Assembly (NCBI GenBank): GCA_041557595.1
Contig: JBFFGE010000002.1
Span: 9,047-73,046, forward strand
Source of the DNA: Alphaproteobacteria bacterium
Lineage (GTDB): Bacteria > Pseudomonadota > Alphaproteobacteria > UBA8366
Reading direction: 5' to 3'
Length of the DNA stretch: 64,000 nucleotides
The notes beneath the pieces were generated by a model. The model had not been told where the DNA came from, searched no databases, and saw nothing but the letters and a program-made list of their open reading frames with translations. A program made the position numbers and the translations under genes. Of this stretch, positions 37,353 to 47,743 are shown in pieces; the first letter of the stretch is position 1; every line of letters starts with the position of its first letter.

Positions 37353-38018
37353 ATGACCGAGGCCCTTCGAGAGTCGGCGTGCTGGATCTTCGATCTCGAC
37401 AACACACTGTACCCGGCGGCCTGCAACCTTTTCGTGCAGGTGGACCAGCGGATCCAGCAATTCGTGATGGATCGCCTGCAGCTCGGCCCGGATCAGGCGC
37501 GCGGCATCCAGAAAGAATATTTCCACCAATACGGCACCACCTTGAACGGCCTGATCCGCCACCACGATGTCGAACCGGGTGTCTACCTCGACTATGTCCA
37601 CGATATCGACGTCACGCCGGTGCCGCCGAGCCCGGCGCTCGATGCTGCGCTCGGCCGCTTGCCCGGGCGCAAGCTGGTCTACACCAACGGCTCGGTGCCG
37701 CATGCGGATCGCGTGATGCAGCGCCTCGGCATTTCGCATCATTTCGACGGGATATTCGATATCGTCGCGGCCGACTATGTGCCCAAGCCGGATCCCGGCG
37801 CCTATGACGAATTCATTCGCCGGTTTCAGGTCGCGCCGACCGATGCGGTAATGGTCGAGGATATCGCCCGCAACCTCGCGCCCGCGCACGCCCTTGGCAT
37901 TACGACGGTCTGGTTGCGCAGCGATCATCATTGGTCCGGCGGCAGCGCGGACGATCCGCATATCGACCATGTGATCGACGATTTGGTGGATTGGCTCGAC
38001 ACGGTCGTCCCGGAATAA
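37353..38018 (+). CDS. pyrimidine 5'-nucleotidase (HAD superfamily)
   Basis: The HAD motif I (FDLDNTLY), the conserved body and the motif IV region (MVEDIARNL) are present. Confidence 0.8.
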   Translation: MTEALRESACWIFDLDNTLYPAACNLFVQVDQRIQQFVMDRLQLGPDQARGIQKEYFHQYGTTLNGLIRHHDVEPGVYLDYVHDIDVTPVPPSPALDAALGRLPGRKLVYTNGSVPHADRVMQRLGISHHFDGIFDIVAADYVPKPDPGAYDEFIRRFQVAPTDAVMVEDIARNLAPAHALGITTVWLRSDHHWSGGSADDPHIDHVIDDLVDWLDTVVPE

Positions 38019-38152
38019 GCCAGGCGGGCGCCGGGACGCCAAGATAGCGGACCGTTGCTTGCGACGGCCTTGCGGACGCGGCAAGCTGTGTTCCTGAACG
38101 AATTGCGCGGTGGTGCGCCGAATGCCTAATTCACAAAAGGGAGCGGACAGCG

Positions 38153-38539
38153 ATGCACAAACGAATCGACCATATGGTGGTGCGGGTAAAGGATCTTGAC
38201 GAGAGCCTGCGGGCCTACCAGGACAAGCTCGGCATGACGGTGAGCAAGGGGCCGGACGATATCCCCAATCTGGGAATGCGGCGCGCTATCCTGCCGATGG
38301 GCGATAGCGGCCAATTCATCGAGCTTGCGGAACCGCTGGGAGAAGGCGGCGCCATCGGACGGTCTTTGGAGCGCTACGGCGAAGGCGTTCACCTGGTGGC
38401 GCTCGCGGTGGACGATTTGGCGAAGGCGGTCGAGCAGATGAAGGCGAACGGCACGCAGCTTATCGAGGCCGGGGCCCAGGTATTCATTCATCCCCGCGAG
38501 TCGCATGGCGTGCTCTATCAGCTCGTTGAGCGCAAATAA
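38153..38539 (+). CDS. VOC (glyoxalase/methylmalonyl-CoA epimerase-like) family protein
   Basis: The 128-aa ORF has the motifs IDHMVVRVKDL and GVHLVALAVDDL. A GGGAG RBS is present. Confidence 0.75.
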   Translation: MHKRIDHMVVRVKDLDESLRAYQDKLGMTVSKGPDDIPNLGMRRAILPMGDSGQFIELAEPLGEGGAIGRSLERYGEGVHLVALAVDDLAKAVEQMKANGTQLIEAGAQVFIHPRESHGVLYQLVERK

Positions 38540-38559
38540 GTCCGTCGGGCCGCGGCCAT

Positions 38560-38593
38560 GATCATAGGGCGCCGCAAATGTGCGCCTATGATC
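38560..38593. terminator. imperfect 12-bp hairpin between convergent genes (possible bidirectional terminator)
   Basis: The arms are GATCATAGGGCGC and GCGCCTATGATC, with one bulged G. The hairpin overlaps the TAG stop of the MlaC-like gene. Confidence 0.35.
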
Positions 38594-39254
38594 CCGGCCG
38601 GTTACCGATCGCCGCTGCTTCAAGGTCGGAAAGACGTGTCTGCAGGTGCAGAAGAAATCCGTCGATACCGCGTTTCTCGATGATCGCGGCAAAATCGGCC
38701 CGCTGAATTATGATCATGCTGACGCCCTCGACGATGACGTCGACGATCCGCGGCCCCGAGGTGAATTGTCGGACGCGCCAGTCGACTTTCAAGGGCTTCG
38801 GCGTCTTCGGTCCGACGATATGGGTGCGCACCAGCACGTCGCTGCGTCCAACCGCCCTGTCGCCAAGCACCCGCACCGATTGATCGGAATACCCGTTCAG
38901 CCGGATCAAATAATATTTGACCAGCCATTCCTCGAAGAGTTTGCCGTATTGCTGCCGCTGATCGGGTGACAGGCGGCTCCAATGCTTGCCCACGACAAAC
39001 CGGCTGATGTGGCCAACCGCGAAGTTTTTGGTCAGCAGCGATTGAAACCGCGTTTCGCGGGCCTCGAAGGATCCTTGCCGGTGGTCCAATACGCGGATGG
39101 CGTCCTGCGCCAGCGCCGTGATGAACAGGGCTGGATCGGTTGTATCGGGTCCGCGGGCGGCGGCGGCGCCGATATGGAAGAGCCCGGCAAGCGCCATCCC
39201 CAGGATGACCGAGGCGACGACGATGCCGAGTGTATTGGAAATTTTCTTTGTCAT
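38586..39254 (-). CDS. MlaC/Ttg2D-family (toluene-tolerance, phospholipid-binding) periplasmic protein
   Basis: The 222-aa ORF has a signal anchor and MlaC-like motifs (FxxxxIxRFVVGKHW, YSDQ, V...V...GV). No mlaDEF genes are adjacent. Confidence 0.7.
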   Translation of the reverse strand: MTKKISNTLGIVVASVILGMALAGLFHIGAAAARGPDTTDPALFITALAQDAIRVLDHRQGSFEARETRFQSLLTKNFAVGHISRFVVGKHWSRLSPDQRQQYGKLFEEWLVKYYLIRLNGYSDQSVRVLGDRAVGRSDVLVRTHIVGPKTPKPLKVDWRVRQFTSGPRIVDVIVEGVSMIIIQRADFAAIIEKRGIDGFLLHLQTRLSDLEAAAIGNRPGS

Positions 39255-39275
39255 TTGAGTTTGCTCCCGGAGATC

Positions 39276-39381
39276 TGGACCATTTTTTGCCTAAGGTGGC
39301 TTATATGAAATGGTCTATCTCTTGGTTTCCTTCGCAAATACGTCGTCGCGAACCGTTTCGGTTCGCTCGGGATTTGCTCTA
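39276..39381 (-). repeat. intergenic repeat family 1, copy C
   Basis: The reverse complement aligns with copies A and B. Its first three nt (TAG) are the cupredoxin stop codon. It ends 22 nt before the start of the MlaC-like gene. Confidence 0.85.
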
Positions 39382-39729
39382 GTTGTTCCGGAGATCGACG
39401 CGCCCGGTCATGGAGGGATGGAAGATGCAGAAATACGCCTGCGAAAGACCTTCCGAGACGACCAGTTCCCATTGTCCGTTCGGGGCGATCGATCCGGAAT
39501 CCCAGCTTCGGTCCTTGGCCGTTGCGGTGTGGGGAACGAAATCCTTGTTCACCCAGACAATGGTGTCGCCGGGTTTGATCTTCTGATCCGGGGCTACGAA
39601 CTTGAATTTCTGGATGGCGATGACGATGCGGTTTCCCTCGGCTGCGAAGCCAGGGCCCGACGGATGAAAAGCGATTGTGGCGGCGAGTGCCGCCACAATC
39701 AGCTTCGGCGCAAGGATGCGACGGAACAT
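39379..39729 (-). CDS. cupredoxin (plastocyanin/amicyanin-like blue copper protein) with signal peptide
   Basis: The type-1 Cu ligand pattern is H (VPHTA)...C (YFC) xx H (FHP) xx M (SM). The product is 116 aa. Confidence 0.8.
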   Translation of the reverse strand: MFRRILAPKLIVAALAATIAFHPSGPGFAAEGNRIVIAIQKFKFVAPDQKIKPGDTIVWVNKDFVPHTATAKDRSWDSGSIAPNGQWELVVSEGLSQAYFCIFHPSMTGRVDLRNN

Positions 39730-39734
39730 CGCCG

Positions 39735-40265
39735 TCAGCTTCCGATCGCTGAGACCATATGCTCGGCGTGCTTTTCATGCGCCTTGAATATGATCAGTGC
39801 GTCCCGGAACAGGGCCTTGACCTCGGGGTTCTCGATGTTCGGGATAAACGTCTTCTCGACGAGGTTATTGACCGATTTATGGTAGGCAAATTCATTTTCC
39901 GCATAGCGGCGATCAAATTCCGCGCCGCTCAACCGGCTCATTTCCTCGACCAGCTTGTCGGAACCCGCGGTGAGTTGCTGGCTGAGAAAATTGTCCTGGG
40001 CCGAGGCCTTGAGTTTCTTCAACAGCACCAGCGCCCGCTCGTTGACCGCGCTGTGATCGCGGATCATGGTTTTCGCGAATTCGTGGATCGCCGGATTCTT
40101 GGATTTCGCCAGCGCGAGATAGGCATAGCGGATGTCGATCGAGTCGGCGGTGTACGCCACATGCGCGATTTCGAGATCGTTGAGTTCGGCGGGTGACTTC
40201 GCATCGGCGGTCACGGTCATGATCGCCAGCAGAGCCAAGGGGGCTACGAGGAACTTCTTCAACAT
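39735..40265 (-). CDS. DUF4142 domain protein with signal peptide
   Basis: The start was trimmed to MLKKFLVAPLALLAIMTVTADA (ATG at 40265), which follows an AGGAGA RBS. The body is a helical DUF4142-like repeat (DxxFxxxMIxDH...). Confidence 0.8.
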   Translation of the reverse strand: MLKKFLVAPLALLAIMTVTADAKSPAELNDLEIAHVAYTADSIDIRYAYLALAKSKNPAIHEFAKTMIRDHSAVNERALVLLKKLKASAQDNFLSQQLTAGSDKLVEEMSRLSGAEFDRRYAENEFAYHKSVNNLVEKTFIPNIENPEVKALFRDALIIFKAHEKHAEHMVSAIGS

Positions 40266-40295
40266 TGTATCGTCTCCTGTCATGGGATTGCGTTG

Positions 40296-40317
40296 CGACA
40301 GGGGGAATTCCCTGTCG
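40296..40317 (-). other. 8-bp GC-rich stem-loop in the YHS/DUF4142 intercistronic spacer
   Basis: On the plus strand the sequence is CGACAGGG-ggaatt-CCCTGTCG. Confidence 0.35.
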
Positions 40318-40333
40318 GTATTTCCGCCAGCTG

Positions 40334-40834
40334 TCAGCTGAGGTCGTTCGGGGTTTTGGTCGCGATTTTCGACCAGTTTCGGTCGGCTCTTTTGATGAAG
40401 CCGGGAATGTCCGACCGCCAGAGCTTCTGAACCTCTGGATTGAGGTTCAGGTAGAGTTTCCCGGCGACGATCCGCCATTGCTGCGGGTCGCCGTCAAACT
40501 TTGCACCGACGGCAACGCCATAGGCGCAATAGCCGCCGTATTGCGGCAGGTATTTTTCCGGATCGTCCGTGAAGGCCTTGAGGTGATCTTCGCTGGCGAA
40601 CCGGTAGGTTGCGTCGTTGTGAACGGCGGAGAATTTGGCACGGCCGATCGTCGGACGGCCTTTTTTGAAATAGGCGACGACGTCGTAGCCATGCACCGCG
40701 AGGCCGTATCCTTTCGCGGTCAAGCCGTACGAGACATTTGTGTCGGCCTTGGTGCCGGCAACGTTCGCCGCGACCAGGCCGGCAAACACCGTCAGCACGG
40801 TGAAGGCGGCGATGAAACTGCGAATGAGCGACAT
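40334..40834 (-). CDS. YHS domain-containing protein (Cys form of the YHS (seleno)protein family) with signal peptide
   Basis: The motifs GYDVVAYF, YRFASEDHLKAF and QYGGYCAYGVA are typical of this family. A GAAGGAAG RBS is present. Confidence 0.8.
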   Translation of the reverse strand: MSLIRSFIAAFTVLTVFAGLVAANVAGTKADTNVSYGLTAKGYGLAVHGYDVVAYFKKGRPTIGRAKFSAVHNDATYRFASEDHLKAFTDDPEKYLPQYGGYCAYGVAVGAKFDGDPQQWRIVAGKLYLNLNPEVQKLWRSDIPGFIKRADRNWSKIATKTPNDLS

Positions 40835-40873
40835 GAGGATCTTCCTTCTCTGGTGGGGTGTCGCCGCGCCGGC

Positions 40874-41873
<1,000 letters not shown>

Positions 41874-41941
41874 GGGGATTTTCCTTTCGGGTTCGATCTA
41901 GCGGCTGCGGGAAACAGGTCTGTCTCCCTATCGACCCAACA

Positions 41942-41960
41942 GGTATACTGATCGGTATCC
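41942..41960. promoter_or_regulatory. TetR-type operator candidate, site 1 (GGTATACTGATCGGTATCC)
   Basis: Site 1 shares the identical 16-mer ATACTGATCGGTATCC with site 2. It lies in the spacer and -10 region of a TTGCGA...TATACC promoter-like pair reading toward the AhpD-like operon. Confidence 0.55.
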
Positions 41961-42050
41961 TTTCGCAAGCCCAGCTACCGATAATTTTTGCAAGAAATCG
42001 TCACAAAATCGTGAGGAAACCCGGGAATTTTATTTAATTCAATGAAATTC

Positions 42051-42079
42051 TTGAAAATTCACCCATATTAAAGGATACT
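42051..42079 (+). promoter_or_regulatory. putative promoter of the TetR gene (TTGAAA-17 nt-GATACT)
   Basis: The hexamers were read directly. The -10 hexamer lies inside operator site 2. Confidence 0.35.
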
Positions 42080-42090
42080 GATCGGTATCC
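42073..42090. promoter_or_regulatory. TetR-type operator candidate, site 2 (GGATAC-TGATCG-GTATCC)
   Basis: This is an 18-bp inverted repeat (16 of 18 positions symmetric) ending 15 nt before the TetR ATG. Confidence 0.6.
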
Positions 42091-42105
42091 GATATTGAGG
42101 AAATC

Positions 42106-42693
42106 ATGTCTCTATCTGAACGGCGAGAACACCTGATCGACACGGCAATTCGGTTATTCGCCGAGCACGGCTATCATGCCACCGGCATCGACACGATCCT
42201 GAAGAGCGCTGGCGTCTCCAAGAAGACGCTGTATCGGCATTTCCGGTCGAAGGACGAGCTGATCCTTGCCGCCCTGCGCAAATATGACGGCCTGTTCCGG
42301 AACAGCTTCATGCGTCAGGTTGAAGAACAGGCAGCGACACCCCGCGACCGTTTGCTGGCGGTGTTCGATGTCGCCGAAGCCTGGTTCGGTCAAAGCAGCT
42401 TCTATGGATGCATGTTCATCAATGCGATCGGCGAGTACTCCGACGACGACACGCCGATCCGTCAGGTGTGCAAGGAGTTCAAGGCGCTGATGCGCTCTTA
42501 TATTCGTGACTTGTGCATACAGGCGGAAATCCCGGACGGCGCCCTGCTGGCCGAAGAACTGGCGCTTCTCCTCGAAGGCGCCATCGTCACCGCGCAGGTA
42601 TCGCAGGATCGACAGCGTGCGGCGAGGATAGCGAAGATCGCGGCCGGCGCATTGATCGAACGGGCGGACTCGGTATTGCCTGCCACAACGTAA
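42106..42693 (+). CDS. TetR/AcrR family transcriptional regulator
   Basis: The N-terminal HTH is [44 protein letters not shown]. The product is 195 aa. Confidence 0.9.
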   Translation: MSLSERREHLIDTAIRLFAEHGYHATGIDTILKSAGVSKKTLYRHFRSKDELILAALRKYDGLFRNSFMRQVEEQAATPRDRLLAVFDVAEAWFGQSSFYGCMFINAIGEYSDDDTPIRQVCKEFKALMRSYIRDLCIQAEIPDGALLAEELALLLEGAIVTAQVSQDRQRAARIAKIAAGALIERADSVLPATT

Positions 42694-42817
42694 TGGGACG
42701 GCCCGGCGCCGGCGGCACTCGATAGCGCGGCGCTCGGAGGTGTGCTTGACACCCCCTGCCTTCTTGCTCAAAGTCGGGCCGATTTCCTTGGAAAATGTGG
42801 AAAAACAGGTGGTGCCC

Positions 42818-43660
42818 ATGAGCCAGTCAGATCTTCAATCGGCAGTCGATGTCGCCTGGGAAGACCGGGAATCGATAAATTCGGGCACCAAGGGGGCGGT
42901 GCGCGATGCCATCGAAACCGCGCTCGACCTGCTCGACAGCGGCCAGGCCCGCGTCGCGGAGAAGGGCCCGGACGGCTGGTTCGTCAATCAATGGCTCAAA
43001 AAGGCGGTCCTGCTCTCGTTTCGTCTCAACGACATGTGGGCGCAAAGCGGCGGGCCCGACGGCTCTTCCTGGTGGGACAAGGTGCCGGCGAAGACGGCCG
43101 GATGGAGCGAGAAGGATTTCAAGGAAGCCGGATTTCGCAGCGTGCCGAATTGCGTTGTTCGCCGCTCCGCCTATATCGCGCCTGGCGCGGTGCTGATGCC
43201 GAGCTTCGTCAATCTTGGCGCGCGCGTGGGCGCGAACACGATGGTCGACACCTGGGCCACGGTGGGGTCCTGCGCGCAGATCGGCGATAATTGCCACCTG
43301 TCGGGCGGTGTCGGTATCGGCGGCGTGCTGGAGCCGCTGCAGGCCGATCCGGTCATCGTCGAGGATAATTGTTTCATCGGCGCGCGTAGTGAAGTCGTCG
43401 AAGGCGTCATCGTCGAGACCGGCGCGGTGTTGTCCATGGGCGTCTTCATCGGCCAGTCGACGAAGATCGTCGATCGCGAGACGGGCGAAATCATCCGGGG
43501 CCGCGTGCCCGCCTATTCGGTCGTGGTGCCGGGCAGCCTGCCGGGAATGCCGCTGGCCGACGGCCGGCCCGGGCCGAATTTGTATTGCGCGGTGATCCTC
43601 AAGCGCGTCGACGAGGGCACCCGGGCAAAGACCTCGATCAACGACTTGCTGCGGGACTGA
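42818..43660 (+). CDS. dapD: 2,3,4,5-tetrahydropyridine-2,6-dicarboxylate N-succinyltransferase
   Basis: The start was trimmed to [11 protein letters not shown]. Hexapeptide repeats and the DapD N-domain are present. Confidence 0.92.
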   Translation: MSQSDLQSAVDVAWEDRESINSGTKGAVRDAIETALDLLDSGQARVAEKGPDGWFVNQWLKKAVLLSFRLNDMWAQSGGPDGSSWWDKVPAKTAGWSEKDFKEAGFRSVPNCVVRRSAYIAPGAVLMPSFVNLGARVGANTMVDTWATVGSCAQIGDNCHLSGGVGIGGVLEPLQADPVIVEDNCFIGARSEVVEGVIVETGAVLSMGVFIGQSTKIVDRETGEIIRGRVPAYSVVVPGSLPGMPLADGRPGPNLYCAVILKRVDEGTRAKTSINDLLRD

Positions 43661-43666
43661 CCCGGT

Positions 43667-44818
43667 TTGCTCGACGCGGTCGAATTCGCCCGTGACCTGA
43701 TCCGCTGTCCGAGCGTGACGCCGGTGGAAGGCGGTGCGCTCGACCGGTTACAAGAGACCCTGGAGGGCCTCGGCTTCACGTGCCATCGTTGCGTGTTTTC
43801 AGACGAAAACACGCCCGACGTGGATAACCTCTACGCACGGATCGGAACGCAGGCGCCGAATTTCTGTTTCGCCGGCCACACCGACGTGGTGCCGCCGGGC
43901 GCCGAGGGCGAGTGGTCGGTCGGTCCGTTCGATGGCGAGATTCGCGACGGCTACCTGCACGGCCGCGGCGCGGTCGACATGAAGGGCGCGATCGCCGCCT
44001 TTACGGTCGCGGCGCACCGCATCCTGGCGAAGGGCGAACTGCCCGGATCGATCAGTTTCCTGATTACCGGCGACGAAGAGGGGCCGGCGATCAACGGCAC
44101 CCGCAAGGTGCTCGATTGGCTGGCGGCGCGCAACGAGACGATCGACGCCTGTCTGGTCGGCGAGCCGACCAACCCGGAACGGCTCGGCGACATGATGAAA
44201 ATCGGCCGGCGCGGCAGCATGAACAGCATCCTGACGGTGCGCGGCGCGCAAGGCCATGTCGCCTATCCCCATCTGGCGGACAATGCGGCGCACCGGCTCG
44301 TTACCATGCTGGCAGCCATGACCAAGGAGCCAATCGACGACGGCAACGCGCATTTCCAGCCGTCCAGCCTGCAGATCACCAGCATCGATATCGGCAACCC
44401 GACCGAGAACGTCATCCCCGGTACCGCCGAGGCCCGCTTCAATATTCGGTTCAACGACATGCACACCTCCGCGTCGCTGACGGAATGGCTGCACGCGACG
44501 CTCGATGGGGCGGCCGGCGGCGCGGAACACTATGATCTCAAGATCCGGGTGAGCGGCGAATCCTTCGTCTTTCCTCCCGGACAGCTCAGCACCCTGATCG
44601 GGGACAGCGCGCACCGCATTACCGGCCGCCGGCCGGAACTGAGCACGACCGGGGGCACTTCCGACGCGCGTTTCATCAAGGACCATTGTCCGGTTGCGGA
44701 ATTCGGTCTGGTGAGCCAGACCATGCACAAGATCGACGAACGGTGCCGGGTTGAGGACATCCGGCAACTGACCGACATTTACGAATTGATCTTGGACGGC
44801 TTTTTCAGCCGGTCCTGA
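43667..44818 (+). CDS. dapE: succinyl-diaminopimelate desuccinylase
   Basis: The M20 peptidase motifs ([24 protein letters not shown]) are present. The start codon is TTG. Confidence 0.9.
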   Translation: MLDAVEFARDLIRCPSVTPVEGGALDRLQETLEGLGFTCHRCVFSDENTPDVDNLYARIGTQAPNFCFAGHTDVVPPGAEGEWSVGPFDGEIRDGYLHGRGAVDMKGAIAAFTVAAHRILAKGELPGSISFLITGDEEGPAINGTRKVLDWLAARNETIDACLVGEPTNPERLGDMMKIGRRGSMNSILTVRGAQGHVAYPHLADNAAHRLVTMLAAMTKEPIDDGNAHFQPSSLQITSIDIGNPTENVIPGTAEARFNIRFNDMHTSASLTEWLHATLDGAAGGAEHYDLKIRVSGESFVFPPGQLSTLIGDSAHRITGRRPELSTTGGTSDARFIKDHCPVAEFGLVSQTMHKIDERCRVEDIRQLTDIYELILDGFFSRS

Positions 44819-44829
44819 CGGGCGATATC

Positions 44830-45396
44830 ATGATCACCGGGCAAGAGGCGACCAACGGGCTCTACGCGGCTTGGCGTTTGTTTCTGCGCGACAGGACCGC
44901 AGTCAACCTGATCGATGGCTCGCCGTCAGGCGCGATAAAGTCCTTTTTCTGCGCCCTTATCGTCTTGCCGGCACATGTATTCCTGATTTTCGTCAGGCCG
45001 ACAACGCTGGAAGAGATCGGTATGGTCCGGCTGATCGCGGTCGATCTGATTGCGTTCGTGATCGATTGGACCGCGTGGCCCCTCGCCATGGCGTTCATCG
45101 CGCCGGCCATTCAGCGCGACGAGGAATATTGCCGCTATGTCGCGGCACGGAACTGGTCGGCCGGCCCCCAGTATCTTCTGTTCCTCACCCTTGCCACGCT
45201 ATTCGGCGTCGGTCTCGTCTCGAAGCCGGTTTTTCATGTCTTGGCGGTCTCAATATTTCTGATCGTGCTGCTCTACGACCTGTTTATCATCCGGGTGGTC
45301 TTGCGTGTCAGCGCGGGCACCGGCATCGGGCTGCTGGTCGCTTCGGCGCTGCTCGGCATGATCATCAGCGTGTTGCGGGCCTCGCTGCTTATTTAG
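44830..45396 (+). CDS. hypothetical integral membrane protein (4-5 TM)
   Basis: This 188-aa hydrophobic ORF lies between dapE and truA. I recognise no family. Confidence 0.55.
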   Translation: MITGQEATNGLYAAWRLFLRDRTAVNLIDGSPSGAIKSFFCALIVLPAHVFLIFVRPTTLEEIGMVRLIAVDLIAFVIDWTAWPLAMAFIAPAIQRDEEYCRYVAARNWSAGPQYLLFLTLATLFGVGLVSKPVFHVLAVSIFLIVLLYDLFIIRVVLRVSAGTGIGLLVASALLGMIISVLRASLLI

Positions 45397-45418
45397 CCGG
45401 CCGGCCGGATCGCCCCGT

Positions 45419-46156
45419 TCAATAGTCGACCCGCATCAGGTACAGCCCACTCGGGGGCGCGGTCGGGCCGGCTTCTTTCCGGTCGCGCGCGGCCAGGGCG
45501 TCGGCGACCCGCGCGGCCGTCCATTTGCCCTCTCCGACCAATTTCAAGGTGCCGGCGATGTTGCGCACCTGATGGTGCAGAAAGGACCGCGCCACCGCGA
45601 CGATCCAGATTTCATCGCCCTGTTGTTCGATTTCCAGGGACTCGAGCGTCTTGACCGGCGAGTCGGCCTGGCATGCGGCCGCGCGAAAACTGGTGAAGTC
45701 GTGGCGGCCCACCAGCACGCCAGCGGCATTCGCCATGGCCTGCGGGTCGAGCGGCGCCGCCACATGCCAGACCCGGCCGGCGAGGACGGTCGGCGGTGCG
45801 CGGCGGTTCAGGATGCGATAGCGATAGTGGCGGCGCGTCGCGGAGAACCGGGCGTGAAAATCGTCCGAAACCGCTGCGGTATCCAGAACGGCGACGGGAT
45901 GCGGTTTGAGGTGAAAATTGATCGCGTCCCGCACCGTTTCGTCGTCTGTGTGTTTGACCAGATCGAAATGCGCCACCTGGCCCAACGCATGGACGCCGGA
46001 ATCGGTGCGCCCGGCGCCGAAAATCGTGGCCCGCTCGCCGCTGAACGCGATAATTGCATCCTCCAGCGCGCCCTGGACGGACGGGCCGTTGCTCTGGCGC
46101 TGCCATCCGACAAACGGGCCGCCGTCATACTCGACGGTAAGGCGCCACCGGGTCAT
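45419..46156 (-). CDS. truA: tRNA pseudouridine(38-40) synthase
   Basis: The motifs [18 protein letters not shown] and [11 protein letters not shown] (catalytic Asp) are present. Confidence 0.92.
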   Translation of the reverse strand: MTRWRLTVEYDGGPFVGWQRQSNGPSVQGALEDAIIAFSGERATIFGAGRTDSGVHALGQVAHFDLVKHTDDETVRDAINFHLKPHPVAVLDTAAVSDDFHARFSATRRHYRYRILNRRAPPTVLAGRVWHVAAPLDPQAMANAAGVLVGRHDFTSFRAAACQADSPVKTLESLEIEQQGDEIWIVAVARSFLHHQVRNIAGTLKLVGEGKWTAARVADALAARDRKEAGPTAPPSGLYLMRVDY

Positions 46157-47073
46157 GCGATGCGGCTGCCCTTCGGCAGCGGAAAGCCGCGCAGGAATGT
46201 TTCCGCGTCCATTTCCTTGCGCCCCTCGCGCTGTAGTCGTGAGGGGCGCACGGCGCCCTCGCCACAGGCGACGGTCAGCTGATCATCCAGGACGGTGCCG
46301 GGAACCCCGGCGCCGTCGACGACTTGCGCCGCCAATAGTTTGACCCGGGCGCCGGCGATCTCGCACCACGCGCCGGGCCAGGGCGTGAAGGCGCGGATCC
46401 TGCGCTCGATCGCTGCGGCGCTTTCGGTCCAATCGAGACGGCCTTCCTCCCGGGTCAGCTTCGCCGCATAGGTTACGCCCTGTTCGGGCTGCGGCTCGGC
46501 GTTGAGCGTGCCGTCGGCGAGCCCTCGCAAGGCTTCGACGATCAGCCTCGCTCCCATCGCCGACAGGGCATCGTGCAATATCGCCGCCGTCATATCGGCG
46601 GCGATGGGCATCCGCTCCGCCAGCAGAACCGGTCCGGTATCGAGCCCTTCGTCCATTTGCATGATGGAAATACCGGTCTCGCGATCGCCGGCCAGCAAGG
46701 CGCGATGGATCGGCGCGGCGCCGCGCCATCTCGGCAACAGGGACGCGTGGATGTTGACGCATCCAAGCCGTGGCGCCGCGAGAATCGCCTTCGGCAGGAT
46801 CAGGCCGTAGGCGGCGACGACGGCGGCGTCGAGCCGGAGGTCCCGGAATATCTGCTGGGTTTCCGCCGATTTCAGCGAGACCGGGGTTTGCACCGGTACG
46901 CCGTGATCCTCGGCCCAGGCCTGAACCGGGCACGGGCGTGGCCGTTGGCCCCTGCCGGCGGGCCGGGGCGGCTGGCAATAGACGGCGGCGAGGTCGTAGC
47001 CCGCCCGGTGCAGGGCGTCCAGGGCCGGCACCGCGAAATCGGGCGTTCCCATGAAGGCGATGCGCAATGCCAT
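46153..47073 (-). CDS. fmt: methionyl-tRNA formyltransferase
   Basis: The motifs MGTPDFAVP and [16 protein letters not shown] are present. The gene overlaps truA (ATGA). Confidence 0.92.
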   Translation of the reverse strand: MALRIAFMGTPDFAVPALDALHRAGYDLAAVYCQPPRPAGRGQRPRPCPVQAWAEDHGVPVQTPVSLKSAETQQIFRDLRLDAAVVAAYGLILPKAILAAPRLGCVNIHASLLPRWRGAAPIHRALLAGDRETGISIMQMDEGLDTGPVLLAERMPIAADMTAAILHDALSAMGARLIVEALRGLADGTLNAEPQPEQGVTYAAKLTREEGRLDWTESAAAIERRIRAFTPWPGAWCEIAGARVKLLAAQVVDGAGVPGTVLDDQLTVACGEGAVRPSRLQREGRKEMDAETFLRGFPLPKGSRIA

Positions 47074-47097
47074 GATCGCCTTCCTATCCCTGCCGCA

Positions 47098-47622
47098 TCA
47101 ATCGGCCGCCATCGCGTTCTGCTTTTTTGCTTTTGCGAGTTTGCGCAAGATGATGCGCCGTTTTAGGGCCGAAATATGATCGACGAAGATGATACCGTCG
47201 AGATGATCCATCTCATGCTGGATGCAGGTCGCGAGCAATCCGTCGACGTCGATTTCGCAGGCGACGTTTTTTTCATTCATGTAGCGAACGCGTACCTTCG
47301 CGGGCCGCTCCACATCCGCGTAATGTTCCGGCAGCGACAGGCAGCCTTCTTCATAGACGACCCGCTCCTCGGCCTGCCAGACGATTTCCGGATTGGCCAT
47401 GCGCATCGGTGCGCGCGGCCCGTCCTTCGGCGAGACATCGACGACGATCACCCGCTTCGGCACACCCACCTGGGGGGCGGCAAGACCGATCCCCGGCGCC
47501 AGATACATCGTATCCAGCATGTCGTCCATCAAGGTCGCGATGGCGTCGTCGACGGTCTCGACCGGCTCGCATTTCACTTTGAGCCTGGGGTCGGGTGCGG
47601 TAATGATCGGTAGCTCGGCCAT
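47098..47622 (-). CDS. def: peptide deformylase
   Basis: The start was trimmed to MAELPIITAPDPRL. The motifs GIGLAAPQ, EGCLS and HEMDH are present. Confidence 0.92.
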   Translation of the reverse strand: MAELPIITAPDPRLKVKCEPVETVDDAIATLMDDMLDTMYLAPGIGLAAPQVGVPKRVIVVDVSPKDGPRAPMRMANPEIVWQAEERVVYEEGCLSLPEHYADVERPAKVRVRYMNEKNVACEIDVDGLLATCIQHEMDHLDGIIFVDHISALKRRIILRKLAKAKKQNAMAAD

Positions 47623-47743
47623 GTCTGCTTCGGTCCGTCGCGTCGTTCCTACAGAGCTAGGTATGGGCAAGCTTCCATGGCGTCAAGGCCAAGGGTGGTG
47701 TAGATCAGCACCATGATAGGGTTAACCCGGAGGACCCGCGGCA

